Below, piece by piece: positions 27,911 through 38,454 of a DNA stretch of 54,828 bases. How positions within the stretch are numbered: the stretch's first letter is position 1; each line of letters starts with the position of its first letter. Source of the DNA: a virus (lineage: Duplodnaviria; Caudoviricetes); IMG/VR virus record IMGVR_UViG_3300022208_000004, positions 1 to 54,828 of that record; one strand, given 5' to 3'. Under the pieces are notes generated by a model. That model was not told the origin of the DNA, did not search any database, and saw nothing but the letters and a program-made list of their open reading frames with translations. Made by a program: the position numbers and the translations under genes.

Positions 27911-30900
27911 TAATCATTTACCTGTTTTTCATAAAAACGATATTTAACTCTATCGCCTTCAAGGGTTGAATATACATCAAAAAGGGAATAATAGTCTCTT
28001 ATTACATTAGTGACATATTTTATAGAACGGTCCACCATAGAATTAACCGCACTAAAAATTCTATTAGAATAGCTATTAGGAATAGTAGGATTTCCTATTC
28101 TTGTATTTATTGAGGCTATTTGATTGTTAATAGCAGTCTTAAAAGTATCCAAATTTGTTTTGGCTGTAGTATGTTCTGATGTTGTATAGGTTACTGAATT
28201 TAAAGAATCGCCACTACGTCTTTTAAAAGTTCCCGATGTTGTTATACCCCAATTTGCAGCCCAAGTAGTATGATAGGTTTTCAGGGTTTTCATAGTTTTT
28301 GTGGCTGTTTCATAATCATCAAAGGCTGTCCAGAATGTTGTATCGGTTGAAACATTATTTGGGTCCTTATAACCAGCAGGAGAACCAGCAACCAAGGCTT
28401 GTAGGGTGGTCAGTTTATCCATTTGGGCATCTATGAAAGTAACATCGGCTATGATATTTACAGATAAATCTGAACCATAGTTACTAAAAACGGACCCAAC
28501 AGTTCTAACAGTTCCAGCAGAAGAATAGGTTACAACGGAAATAAGTCCGTTTGCCGTATTCAATTCATATCTTGTTCCATCACCAACACCATCTATACTA
28601 TCACTTGGAACCGTGGATGCACTTGCCGTAGAATAAGTTGTAACATTTGACACCTTGGGAGTCATGGAATCTGTATAGGCAAAAGCTGTGCTATTTTCAG
28701 CATCGGTAGGAGTAGGATTGCTTACCAATGGATTTACATTGTATTTCCACTTTTCATCACTATGGACACTCCATTTATATTCTAAAGGGTCCCCTTCGGT
28801 ATGAATCCAGTGACCATAGAAAATATCATCCTTTCCATAGGCAGGATTTTGTTGTGTCTCATGTTTCCCATCTGTAGCAGGGAAAAATGGATTTTTTTCT
28901 ATAAATGGATATGAAGTATCAACCTTTTTACCCATAGATATATTCGTGGTATTTGCCGCCTTTAGAACATCATCCAGACTTTCATTATCTGGATTCAGCC
29001 AACCAAAATAATTTTTCATATCGGTGTTGGTTAATAGAGTAGATTCTTTAGTATCACAAATGACTTCAAATTTTAGGGACGTTCCACTGGCACTTAGGTT
29101 TGTTGTAGTGGTAATGTTACTCCCTGTATGACTAGCTATTACATAATCTTCATAGGGCTTGGAATTGTAATTGTATATTCTCAAGGTTTTTCCAAGATAG
29201 GCATTATTGGCAAACCCCGAAGCACCAAAGGCTGTAGAACTAAAACCAGTTGTGCTTATTGTAGCAACACCATCATTTCTAATATAGATAGGCAACCAAT
29301 TAGGATTCATTTCTAATCCTTCACAAACCACTATCAGCTTGCCATAAATGCTATGGTCAGAATATTTTTTTAATGGATAGGATTTTAATAAATCTGGCGC
29401 TTTTGAAATAACAGAACTCAACCCATTAACTTTCAATAGTGTATTTGTACCACCATAGATACTGGTTGTCAGGGATGTTATGTTTAGATATTCATATTTT
29501 GTCAGCCAATTTGTTAATCCGTTCAATTGACTATAGACGATTCTGACCAGACTTTCTTTATCTGGAACAGCACTTCCGCCACCTGATTTTGTTAGGGTCA
29601 GGCTGGTTAGTTGTGTAGATATGTTTGTAGTGGCATTTATGCTTCCCGATACAACCCCCGTTCCTTCTCCAAACAACGTATCATAGGAACCTGAAATAAC
29701 CCCAAGAGAATTAGACTTTATGGATGCTCTTAGATATGTCCAGACAACTGTTCCATCTGCAACGGTTCCACTGATTGGCCATACAGGTGGAACAGTCCCA
29801 CTCATACCAGCGGTAGAACATTTATAAACTCGAATTTCACCATCTGTAGAAATTCCTACTACTCTATCATTGAGTGAATATGTTTGTTTAGCTGTCCAAT
29901 CCTGATCTAACAAGATTCTAAATGTATTAGCAATTACATCAATGTTGCTATATGTAAATGTTGCAGTTCCAACAATATCTGTAAGAGTAATATCTGTATC
30001 ATTATAAGTGTGTATTGTTTCTATTACATTGGCTATGTCTTCTTTAATATAGTCAACCCTAATTACATTTTTATCACTTGTCTTTATATCATTAAATCTT
30101 ATTTTCAATTGTTTTGTTATTTTATCAAAGAAAGAAACCTTACTATCATGTTTTAGACTAAGTATTTCTCCTTTATTTGACATACCAGCATACTTGACGT
30201 TATTGACAAATATCTCAACTGTTTCTAGAACAGGAGTAAAGGTTAATTGTCTTTCCCAAATATACGTTTCATTATTGAAGGCTGTTACTGTATCCGAAGA
30301 TTTGTTTTCACTTGCTACATAGTCATACTGAATTTTTATCAGAGTATCATTTCCAGTAGGAATGGTAGTAAATGTTAAGGATATGGTTTTTTTGTCAAAA
30401 TCTAGATATGATTTTTCTGTGTTTATGGATATGCCTTGATTATTGTCTATATTCTTAATTTTTTCATCATCAAAGATATAGCCCACCAGAACAGTTCCAC
30501 AAAATATTTTTAGGGATGGAATGGCCGCGCCTTTTTTTACTGGTTTATTTAATAGTTTATATTCAACTAGATTTGTTTTTGTTTTTATTGAACCTAGTGT
30601 TTCTGAAATATAATCTAATCTGGCGGGTTCACTGAAGGCAGTTAAATCATCATCAATGCTTACCATCTGTCCAGAAGTTTTATTTTTAACCAAAAAGAAA
30701 TTTGATATATCAGCGGAACCGCCCAATTGGTCTAAAGGAATGTCATTCCCATTATCATCCAGAACATAATACCCAAACTGTGAAGTAGAGGGTAGACTGA
30801 ACGTAATGTTTTGACCAAATTGGCCAGGGGCAGTTCCGCTTCTTCTAAAAGTGTATTTTAATTCTTGACCATCAGAAGCACCTTGTAGGATTGCTCTTTG

Positions 30901-31083
30901 TCTTGCAAGTTGAGAAGCAATATAAGGAACATCATCAACAGATAATGCAGTTGCCTGACTATCTCTTGTAGAAGTAGCCAAACGTAAATTATCTATCAAA
31001 GTTTTTCTTGCCATTATAACATCAGAAGGTGCTTTGATTAGGTTTCCTAATAATTTTGCCTTTTCTTCAGCAGCAGTAGTCAT
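27910..31083 (-). CDS. Large baseplate/tail-associated structural protein
   Basis: 1057 aa, Thr/Ser/Gly-rich beta domains with helical ends; contains the YKC.TAG.SG..P.WP..GT..DG.V.W module; downstream of the spike gene. Confidence 0.6.
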   Translation of the reverse strand: MTTAAEEKAKLLGNLIKAPSDVIMARKTLIDNLRLATSTRDSQATALSVDDVPYIASQLARQRAILQGASDGQELKYTFRRSGTAPGQFGQNITFSLPSTSQFGYYVLDDNGNDIPLDQLGGSADISNFFLVKNKTSGQMVSIDDDLTAFSEPARLDYISETLGSIKTKTNLVEYKLLNKPVKKGAAIPSLKIFCGTVLVGYIFDDEKIKNIDNNQGISINTEKSYLDFDKKTISLTFTTIPTGNDTLIKIQYDYVASENKSSDTVTAFNNETYIWERQLTFTPVLETVEIFVNNVKYAGMSNKGEILSLKHDSKVSFFDKITKQLKIRFNDIKTSDKNVIRVDYIKEDIANVIETIHTYNDTDITLTDIVGTATFTYSNIDVIANTFRILLDQDWTAKQTYSLNDRVVGISTDGEIRVYKCSTAGMSGTVPPVWPISGTVADGTVVWTYLRASIKSNSLGVISGSYDTLFGEGTGVVSGSINATTNISTQLTSLTLTKSGGGSAVPDKESLVRIVYSQLNGLTNWLTKYEYLNITSLTTSIYGGTNTLLKVNGLSSVISKAPDLLKSYPLKKYSDHSIYGKLIVVCEGLEMNPNWLPIYIRNDGVATISTTGFSSTAFGASGFANNAYLGKTLRIYNYNSKPYEDYVIASHTGSNITTTTNLSASGTSLKFEVICDTKESTLLTNTDMKNYFGWLNPDNESLDDVLKAANTTNISMGKKVDTSYPFIEKNPFFPATDGKHETQQNPAYGKDDIFYGHWIHTEGDPLEYKWSVHSDEKWKYNVNPLVSNPTPTDAENSTAFAYTDSMTPKVSNVTTYSTASASTVPSDSIDGVGDGTRYELNTANGLISVVTYSSAGTVRTVGSVFSNYGSDLSVNIIADVTFIDAQMDKLTTLQALVAGSPAGYKDPNNVSTDTTFWTAFDDYETATKTMKTLKTYHTTWAANWGITTSGTFKRRSGDSLNSVTYTTSEHTTAKTNLDTFKTAINNQIASINTRIGNPTIPNSYSNRIFSAVNSMVDRSIKYVTNVIRDYYSLFDVYSTLEGDRVKYRFYEKQVND

Positions 31084-31102
31084 TTTATTCCTTTTTAATC
31101 TT

Positions 31103-31110
31103 TATTTATG
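31103..31110 (-). promoter_or_regulatory. Late promoter CATAAATA
   Basis: Overlaps the stop of the upstream gene; AAGGA RBS and ATG 31083 follow. Confidence 0.55.
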
Positions 31111-31597
31111 TGATGCTGGCCGAAGGCACGGGCGGGAAGGTTGTAGGAACACCAGTACCAAAAACAATAGCAGCCTTTGTATAGTTGTCTATTGCCGTTG
31201 CAAATTTATTAGCAAAAATTTTACTGGAAGGTGGATTGCTTGAAAATATATCATTCAGGGCTACTTGCAATCCTGCCTGATCTGCAAATATTACATTACC
31301 TGTTCCAAAAGTTGGACCTGAAATAGCTATTGTCATAAACCCGCTAGTTATTTGAGTTGCTATTTGTGAGGCGGCCACGGAAGGTCCAGGTTGAAAGCTA
31401 GACCATACACCATTTAATCCACTTGATATTAAACTTTGGGCAGGGGCAGCCGTAATTATCCCATCCGTACCCGCTGTTCCCATATTCCAATAATTGACTA
31501 GTGCTTTAGCAACCCCATTGGCAACCAAAGCAGGTGGACTATTTTTAGAGTAAACATCATCCAATTCTGTTTGTAGTAATGACTTATCTAAAGGCAT
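31106..31597 (-). CDS. Small helical baseplate-associated protein
   Basis: MPLDK..L..EL, A...A.AI..Y repeats; directly follows the spike gene. Confidence 0.5.
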   Translation of the reverse strand: MPLDKSLLQTELDDVYSKNSPPALVANGVAKALVNYWNMGTAGTDGIITAAPAQSLISSGLNGVWSSFQPGPSVAASQIATQITSGFMTIAISGPTFGTGNVIFADQAGLQVALNDIFSSNPPSSKIFANKFATAIDNYTKAAIVFGTGVPTTFPPVPSASIT

Positions 31598-33160
31598 TTA
31601 TTCTCCGAATATTTTTACGCTTTTTAATTGAAGCAATCCAGCAGATTCCAAGGCAACACCAGAGTTTCCATTTGGCGTAGGGTGTGTATGATTTTTTAAC
31701 CAATCAACAGTTGCATTTGCTTTTAGAAATGGTTCTGTTCCAGCACCCATTTTTATTTGCGTTCCTTTTATTTCTGTGATTCCTGCTACATTTGATTCTA
31801 TTCCACCTATTGCATTTTTGAATTTTATCGCACCTATAGCAGAAATACCTAACTCTCCTATCGCATTCTTTATTGAAATTTCACCTGTAACATTTACTTT
31901 GACGCTGGCCAGGGGAGTAGATAATTCTATATTACCGATAATTGTATTTAGGTTTATGTTTCCCAATGTTGTTTTTATTGTATAATTTCCCGCACTAACA
32001 TTAGTTGTTCTAGAGTCCATTCCAGGTATTCCTATTATGGTTTCTTCAATTTTTTTACCAGAAGAAATGGATAGTGTTCCAATACCAGTTGATAGTATCA
32101 AGTTATTTGTGGCCTGAATACTAATACCAGTTGCACTTATTTCTCTGGCATCTGATCTTTCATTGAATACTCCGTAATTCATTGTAACTGTGCCGCTTGT
32201 TTTAAAAATTATTTCTGGTGAACTAAATATCATTCTCTTACCAGAAACAAAGCCTATTTCATCGGTTGTTTTATACATTACATTTTTGGCTTCTAGCAAA
32301 TCAGTTCCATTGATATAGCTACTCCTATCAGCCTTTATTTTTTGAAAGAAGCTTTTGCCTGTTTCCAGGACAAAATTACTCAAGGTCTGATAGCGCATAT
32401 CATTATGAACTGTTAGAGAATCATATCCCTGGATTTCAACAAATCGCCCTGTAAAATTATCAGTCACTTCATTTGTCTTAACATCAAATCCCTTTATAAT
32501 CAAATGTTGTGATTGATAAATTACCTCTTTCTTTGTTCCTTCTGTAAAAGTAACTTCATCGCCCTTGACTTTGGTAATCCAATTACCTGTATTGTCTATT
32601 GTGAAATAGGAATGCGAAGGATGTTTTAAGTGTATTCTGTTATTACCGTCTGTTCTATCAAAAAGGAAAACGAATCCATCCTTTTCATAGGGAATATATA
32701 TTTTATCGTAGAATCCCTTGTAACCAGTAGGAAAAGGTTCATCCAATCTTTCTTTAATGCTTTCTGTTGTTACTATGTAATTTCCAAAAGTCTTATCTCT
32801 TGTTATGACAGGTATTTTTTTCTCTAGACTATCTCTAAGCAAACGTTTTATTATTTGATAGTCTTCTGTTTCGGTAATGTTTATGTTTTCATTAAATAAT
32901 GCAGTAAATGTAAGATTTTCAGGAATAGTTTCTCTGATATATGTAGTTTCATCTACAATACCATCACCATCAAAATCTTCACTATAAGCCTTAACATTTT
33001 CTTCATTAATATTAGAAGCCTCTACAATTTCTGTATTTTTATAAGCCTCATATTTTATTAATTGTAAGAAACGTGACACATTACTTTCACCGTCTTTCTT
33101 CAGGCTTCCATTATTATTGCTATTATCAACAATTGAAGTAGAAACTGTATTTTCGGCCAT
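31598..33160 (-). CDS. Baseplate central spike beta-helix (gp5 C-terminal-like)
   Basis: FDRT.G..RI.L.H..SY..I...G motif, long beta-strand repeats, terminal HTHP metal-binding motif. Confidence 0.75.
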   Translation of the reverse strand: MAENTVSTSIVDNSNNNGSLKKDGESNVSRFLQLIKYEAYKNTEIVEASNINEENVKAYSEDFDGDGIVDETTYIRETIPENLTFTALFNENINITETEDYQIIKRLLRDSLEKKIPVITRDKTFGNYIVTTESIKERLDEPFPTGYKGFYDKIYIPYEKDGFVFLFDRTDGNNRIHLKHPSHSYFTIDNTGNWITKVKGDEVTFTEGTKKEVIYQSQHLIIKGFDVKTNEVTDNFTGRFVEIQGYDSLTVHNDMRYQTLSNFVLETGKSFFQKIKADRSSYINGTDLLEAKNVMYKTTDEIGFVSGKRMIFSSPEIIFKTSGTVTMNYGVFNERSDAREISATGISIQATNNLILSTGIGTLSISSGKKIEETIIGIPGMDSRTTNVSAGNYTIKTTLGNINLNTIIGNIELSTPLASVKVNVTGEISIKNAIGELGISAIGAIKFKNAIGGIESNVAGITEIKGTQIKMGAGTEPFLKANATVDWLKNHTHPTPNGNSGVALESAGLLQLKSVKIFGE

Positions 33161-33162
33161 AT

Positions 33163-33708
33163 TTAATCCATTTGTCCTGTTATTTCTATTGATTTTCTTC
33201 TAGCAGCTTCTTCCATACTCTGACGTTCTATTTGCTTTAGTTTTGTTATTTCATCAGGTGTTAGAACCCTGTATTCATCAAGATTTTCTGTAGTGGTGTA
33301 AAAATCTTTATTAGTATAGGCTTTGACTTGTTCTATCTTATCCAAAGTTACACCCATTTTGATAAGATATATTTTTTGATTTTTGTCACTTACTCTTTCA
33401 TCATCTACATTGTACTGATATGATGAACGCACGAACCCTAGCCACAAGCAATTCATAGGGTCTGATTTGTCAGGAAATAGAACATAAACCCAATCTCCTT
33501 TTTCTGGAAGATCACCGCTTGAATTTCTGGTAGGGGCACAATGTTTGGCCCATATCGCATTCCCTATTTCATCTGTGTCCATATTATGAACACCCAATAC
33601 TCTGACTAAAACTCTTTCTTGCGCCTTTGGGTCACGATTTTCTACAACCAGGGCTTCTTTAATTCCTGCCAAAACCATTTCTGGAAATAAGTCTTTTTGT
33701 CCTATCAT
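33163..33708 (-). CDS. Baseplate spike OB-fold domain (gp5 N-terminal-like)
   Basis: VVE..DP...RV.VRV.G.H..WA..P..GDWV.V.F.D..P...G motif. Confidence 0.8.
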   Translation of the reverse strand: MIGQKDLFPEMVLAGIKEALVVENRDPKAQERVLVRVLGVHNMDTDEIGNAIWAKHCAPTRNSSGDLPEKGDWVYVLFPDKSDPMNCLWLGFVRSSYQYNVDDERVSDKNQKIYLIKMGVTLDKIEQVKAYTNKDFYTTTENLDEYRVLTPDEITKLKQIERQSMEEAARRKSIEITGQMD

Positions 33709-35171
33709 TAATAATCCTGTACTGTGCCAGTTGTAGCCTCATAGGCGTCTAATTCTTCGGCTTGTTCTATTTGTGACTGTCTCAATACCGAACTGCCTAT
33801 ATCATATTTATCACCATCATAAGCACCTCCATATGTCATTTCTTTATTGGATGAAATTAGATTAAAGTTTGTTATTCCTTTCGTGTCAATATTGATAATT
33901 TCTCTTTCATTGTAACCATATGAAACCAAAGACAATACATTAACATATTCAGTTCCTTGTATGAAATGTCTTATCTTTGTTATTAGGTAATTTCCCGTGT
34001 ATTGCTTATCTTCTGTTTCTGTTGTTTCACTGGCATCAATACTAGGATAGACAACCTTTATGTTTTTACCCACTCTTTTAAACGTTCCTTCACCATTTAC
34101 TTTTAGTCTCAACTTTAGCATTTGATTCTTAAACGTTGACATTCTAGTTTCACTGTATCCATCTATCAGGCTGGCAGTATCCCCTTTATTCAGTTCTGTC
34201 CTGTTTTCAAACAAACCAGAATAATAGGTAGGTCTATATTGTAGTCCCAAAAGGTGTGAAGAAAATGGAAGCTTTTTTTCAGGTAGGGAAGTTTCTATAG
34301 AATCTATTCTCTTTTCCTTTGATATAATTCTAGTATTATCATAATCAAAGCCAACGTGTTTATTTCTTATTACACCCATAGATGAATCTCTAATCAAATC
34401 GGCATTGTCTTCTATGGCTATTTTACCCAGGATTTTTCTAGCCGAAAATTCACTAGGAGTATTCATACTCAAGTCAAATGGAACAGTTCCTATATTTGAA
34501 TCATTGACAATAGAATAATATTCCTTCTTTAGTAGTCTTGCTATTGGCCAGAATTGAACCAATCCAGTTTGAAGGTCTGTCCATAAGTGATAGTTTCCAT
34601 TACCATTTTCATCCTGTGAAATCTTCAATAGATAATATATTGTCTCAATAGGAGTCCAGTAGGGAGACACAAATCTTTCAAGCTTTTGTTTTGTAGGAAT
34701 AAATTCAGAGTTTCCTATATCATTAGACTCTACATTACCACCACATTCTTTAACAAGGTCTTTTATTATTTGATCTATTCTGGCGTTTGTCCAGTATCTT
34801 GATCTACGTCTTATATTAGCCTCAATAACCCAATCTGTTTCAAATTCAAAGGCTAATAGATTATGAAGGTTGTTAAACTTGTTTTCCTTTTTGATGTTAG
34901 TCAAACGGAATGTGTATTCAATAGGAATTTCCCAATAATCTTCTCCCCCAGGCTGAAATCTAGTAAAGGAAATTTCTAGTTTATCTCCTAATGATATTTC
35001 TCCAAAATTTTCTAGAAAATTCCAGTCCTGATACACCAATGTTCCAGAAGGTCCAAGTTGTTCCAAGTCTTCATATATATCTAATTGTGAGACATAAGTT
35101 ATATCAAGGTCAATACCGTTTATTTTAAGTGTATTGATTTTAATGGATGTTTTTGTATTAATAAGTGTCAT
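33708..35171 (-). CDS. Baseplate hub protein (gp27/late control D-like)
   Basis: IYED....SG.L...D, P.W.P...I..L, G.YL.TKIRH motifs; between gp53 and gp5. Confidence 0.7.
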   Translation of the reverse strand: MTLINTKTSIKINTLKINGIDLDITYVSQLDIYEDLEQLGPSGTLVYQDWNFLENFGEISLGDKLEISFTRFQPGGEDYWEIPIEYTFRLTNIKKENKFNNLHNLLAFEFETDWVIEANIRRRSRYWTNARIDQIIKDLVKECGGNVESNDIGNSEFIPTKQKLERFVSPYWTPIETIYYLLKISQDENGNGNYHLWTDLQTGLVQFWPIARLLKKEYYSIVNDSNIGTVPFDLSMNTPSEFSARKILGKIAIEDNADLIRDSSMGVIRNKHVGFDYDNTRIISKEKRIDSIETSLPEKKLPFSSHLLGLQYRPTYYSGLFENRTELNKGDTASLIDGYSETRMSTFKNQMLKLRLKVNGEGTFKRVGKNIKVVYPSIDASETTETEDKQYTGNYLITKIRHFIQGTEYVNVLSLVSYGYNEREIINIDTKGITNFNLISSNKEMTYGGAYDGDKYDIGSSVLRQSQIEQAEELDAYEATTGTVQDY

Positions 35172-35173
35172 AC

Positions 35174-35677
35174 TTAATCCACTGAATTTGTTCTAAACTG
35201 GAATATTATATCATTTAATTGTGAAGCATCCAATACATCTATTTCTCTTTTCTTATCATTGTCTTCACTCAATAAACGATGATAAAAATCCTTTGAATAT
35301 TTGTTTTCTTTTTGATAGTATTCATTCACAAGATATATTATTTGTTCCTCTGTTTTTGGCCATTGTTTTAGGGGGTCTTTTATGTTATTGAATAAACAAA
35401 CTATCCACCAATAATCTATAGTTCCATAGAATCTATTAGAAACATCTTCAGGCATCTCATTTGATTTTACATAGTATCTTGAGAATGATGTTCCACGGGA
35501 TTTAAAATCCTCAACCAATTTCTTTTGAGAAAATAGATTTTTTAGCTTTATGTTGATTGGCTGATAATGTGAAAAATCCAATGAAATATTATCGGATTTA
35601 TTAGCCTCAATATATGGCAATAATGAAATAGTAGTATCTTTTAATTGGTCAACAAAGGAGAAATGCTTATATTTCAT
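35174..35677 (-). CDS. gp53: Baseplate wedge protein (T4 gp53-like, LysM)
   Basis: Y.V...E.PE.VS..FYG...YWW.V.L.N.I.DP...WP; E.ND.KR.I. Confidence 0.85.
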   Translation of the reverse strand: MKYKHFSFVDQLKDTTISLLPYIEANKSDNISLDFSHYQPINIKLKNLFSQKKLVEDFKSRGTSFSRYYVKSNEMPEDVSNRFYGTIDYWWIVCLFNNIKDPLKQWPKTEEQIIYLVNEYYQKENKYSKDFYHRLLSEDNDKKREIDVLDASQLNDIIFQFRTNSVD

Positions 35678-35685
35678 TATAATCC

Positions 35686-36594
35686 TTATCTATCTTTTCC
35701 ATAATATTTATCTCCTGAAGAACCACCATCATTTCCAATATTTGTCGTTTCATTAGTGAGACTTTTTCTAATACCAGGAAATATACTTTTAAACTGCAAA
35801 CCCAAACTAGCAGATACAGGAATACCATCACTGAAGTATTCAAAAACATCTGTTCCGTCACTATAAGAAACTTCAAATCCTACAAGCGCCATTGTTTTGT
35901 AGCTTACAAATTGTCCTGTTCTAACGGTTCTATTGTTTTTAACAAAATCTATCTGGAACAAAGGTGGATACTTGTAGAACTGTAATGTCATTCCAACGTT
36001 TGATATAATTTCTGGCATGGTTGCTTCCCTGAATTTTTCAATAAGAGCAACCATTGTTTCACCCTCTGTCTTATTCTTGGGGAAAAATGTAAAGGTTAAA
36101 GGAAGGCTTAGATTACTAGCACCTTTAAAAATCAAGGCATCGTTTGGCGCGAATCTCATTCCAGCAGCAGCATATCCAGATTCTAGAGCATCAATACCAC
36201 CAAGGCTTGCGGTTATATGTGATACAGTAGGTGCTATTTTATCCATTATAACATGACCCATCATGTTAGAGGCAATATCTTTAACAGCACTCGCACCCGC
36301 CTTGAACATCTCTATACCCGTGTCCTGATTGAAAATATTCTGCAAGGCCCCTGGCTTTGTTCCAAAGGCTATTTTCTCACTTGACCAGTTTGGACTGATA
36401 TTTTCTCTATAGGAAGGAATGTAAAGAGACGCCATCCAAAGCGCGGATTCTCTAGTCAACACAAATCCATCTTCATTACCGCCACCCATTTTTTCTTCAA
36501 GTGTTGGTGGAGAATAATTATGTGCATAGATTTCAAGATGCATACGATTAGCATCATCATCTATCGTCTCTGGATATCTGTATCTATCTACCAT
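35686..36594 (-). CDS. gp48: Baseplate tail-tube cap (T4 gp48-like)
   Basis: RYP, LY.P, F.F.PKN..E...I..F...P, YP..F.I.F, DG.P....L.L.F motifs. Confidence 0.75.
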   Translation of the reverse strand: MVDRYRYPETIDDDANRMHLEIYAHNYSPPTLEEKMGGGNEDGFVLTRESALWMASLYIPSYRENISPNWSSEKIAFGTKPGALQNIFNQDTGIEMFKAGASAVKDIASNMMGHVIMDKIAPTVSHITASLGGIDALESGYAAAGMRFAPNDALIFKGASNLSLPLTFTFFPKNKTEGETMVALIEKFREATMPEIISNVGMTLQFYKYPPLFQIDFVKNNRTVRTGQFVSYKTMALVGFEVSYSDGTDVFEYFSDGIPVSASLGLQFKSIFPGIRKSLTNETTNIGNDGGSSGDKYYGKDR

Positions 36595-36597
36595 CTA

Positions 36598-38244
36598 TTA
36601 AACCCCTTCAATAATTAGTCTTCTTTGGGCCGCTGTATTTTTACTGCTAGTAGGAACTATTACATCTGGTTGATTTACAATGGAATCTCTACTAGATGAT
36701 TCTGAACCTCTTTGCTTGACTTCGGTATAGTTATTATTTATAATGATATTGCTTTGACCCTTTAGATAGGAAGCAATAGAAGAATCCGATTGATCTTTTC
36801 CTTTGTCTACCGTATCCTTTGTGCTATTTACTGTATTTGAATAATTTGGTTTTGGTGTTGTAGTTTTTTTCGTTTCAGTTTTACTATCAAATCCTAGCAT
36901 TGATTTAGCACCAGAGACTAAAGAACCAGCAGCCTTAAATCCACCGCCGATACTATCCTCTCCGACATTAGAAATAAGAAAGTCTGCTATTTCTGTTTTA
37001 TATTTGTCAGCCAACCATTCACCACCTATACCACCTGCAACAGAGGCAAAAAATCCGCCAGCAGGACCTAGTAAAGAACCCAACACACCAGCTAAACCAC
37101 CACCAATCAAACCGCCAAATTGAGGAATGGCATCTATTAATTGTTCTCTTGTATTTTTTCCTTCGGATGTTCCTGCAATTCCAACAGCAGTAGCAGAATT
37201 TATTAAAGTTCCTAGTGGTGATGCTTTAAGCATCCTTACTAAACCGCCGCCAGCCATTTTCAGGGCTTTCCCTATAATATTTTTGTTTATGATAGTATCA
37301 AAATGTTTTAGAATAGCATCCTTACCCATATTAGCAACATCCATAGCCTTTGAAGAACCAGCCTTAACATTTTCTGCCAATGAACTTCCAAAATCAAATA
37401 ATTTACCGCCAACATTCTTTAAGGTTTTTACTGCGCCCCCTGCTTTGTCTTCTATGAAATCCCCTATATTCTTAAAAGGATTCAATTTAGAAATCCATTC
37501 AATTCCCTCTCCTATGAAATTAGTAAATTGTTTGAAGTATGGAGTAATAAATTCTAACATACTTGTTCCCAATTTCTTTCCTAATCTTCCGATAGGTGCT
37601 AAAATTTTAGATACAAAATCATCATAAACACCACCTAAGTATTTTGAAAAAGAACCAAATTTATTTGAAAGCATTACAAAGAAATCATCAAACTTAGTGG
37701 TTATTGTTGGGAGTAACCATTTACCTAGATTCAATAAGGCAGGTATTTGAGAAGTAACAAATTCACTATTCATCATAGCCGCTATTGCTGTCAATAAACC
37801 AGCCAAAGGAAGTCCACTAAACCAATCTATACCTACATCATTATTATTTTTTCCTGGAATGGGAGCAGGTTCGGTAGGCTTGTCTTCATTCGTAGGTTTT
37901 ATTAGGGAATCCTTAAAGACATTGAAATCTTCCTTAATAGAATTCACCTTTGTTGAAAAAGTATCTATTGCTATTCTGACCATTCCCACGTCTATTATGA
38001 GTCCAGTTAGTTTTTTACTTAACTCAACCTGTGCTATTCTGACCATTCCAACATCTGTTATGAGTCCAGTTAGTTTTTTATTTAACTCAACATAAACAAG
38101 ATTACCAGAAGCAATAGCATTGTTCTGAATAGACTTGTATTCTTCATTGTTCTTTGTGGAAGTAGTAACGTCCAATAAAGAACCAATTGAATTATTAGTC
38201 TTTATGTCGTTTCTAATGAATGATATATTCTGTTCTAATGCCAT
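36598..38244 (-). CDS. Probable tape measure protein (gp29-like)
   Basis: Helical protein with a Gly/Ala-rich hydrophobic segment (GGLIGGGLAG..GP.G); follows the chaperone pair. Confidence 0.55.
   Translation of the reverse strand: MALEQNISFIRNDIKTNNSIGSLLDVTTSTKNNEEYKSIQNNAIASGNLVYVELNKKLTGLITDVGMVRIAQVELSKKLTGLIIDVGMVRIAIDTFSTKVNSIKEDFNVFKDSLIKPTNEDKPTEPAPIPGKNNNDVGIDWFSGLPLAGLLTAIAAMMNSEFVTSQIPALLNLGKWLLPTITTKFDDFFVMLSNKFGSFSKYLGGVYDDFVSKILAPIGRLGKKLGTSMLEFITPYFKQFTNFIGEGIEWISKLNPFKNIGDFIEDKAGGAVKTLKNVGGKLFDFGSSLAENVKAGSSKAMDVANMGKDAILKHFDTIINKNIIGKALKMAGGGLVRMLKASPLGTLINSATAVGIAGTSEGKNTREQLIDAIPQFGGLIGGGLAGVLGSLLGPAGGFFASVAGGIGGEWLADKYKTEIADFLISNVGEDSIGGGFKAAGSLVSGAKSMLGFDSKTETKKTTTPKPNYSNTVNSTKDTVDKGKDQSDSSIASYLKGQSNIIINNNYTEVKQRGSESSSRDSIVNQPDVIVPTSSKNTAAQRRLIIEGV
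37969..38091. repeat. 63-bp tandem duplication in the tape-measure-like gene
   Basis: Encodes VELNKKLTGLITDVGMVRIAQ / VELSKKLTGLIIDVGMVRIA. Confidence 0.9.
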
Positions 38245-38259
38245 TGTTTATACCTTTAA

Positions 38260-38454
38260 TTATCTTTGGATATTACCCTTTAACGCCTTTTCATGCCCTT
38301 CGTTTTCTTTCTTTATATCATTCACTAATAAATTGTAAAAAAGGTCTAACTCAAAAGGATATAATTTATTGAGTTCTCCCATACTATAACCACCATGTCT
38401 AACCATGAAATGAATTTTCATGTAATGATTAGGGAGTGTAATATCCTCAATTAA
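38260..38454 (-). CDS. gp51: gp51-like baseplate hub assembly catalyst (missing from track; probably reached by -1 frameshift)
   Basis: LIEDITLPNHYMKIHFMVRHGGYSMGELNKLYPFELDLFYNLL matches the gp51 pattern; first ATG only at 38421. Confidence 0.7.
   Translation of the reverse strand, partial: LIEDITLPNHYMKIHFMVRHGGYSMGELNKLYPFELDLFYNLLVNDIKKENEGHEKALKGNIQR

Noticed and set aside
35667-35876. Short nested minus-strand ORFs (also 1039-1224, 9746-9937, 25758-25949)
   Set aside because: Out of frame inside well-supported genes.
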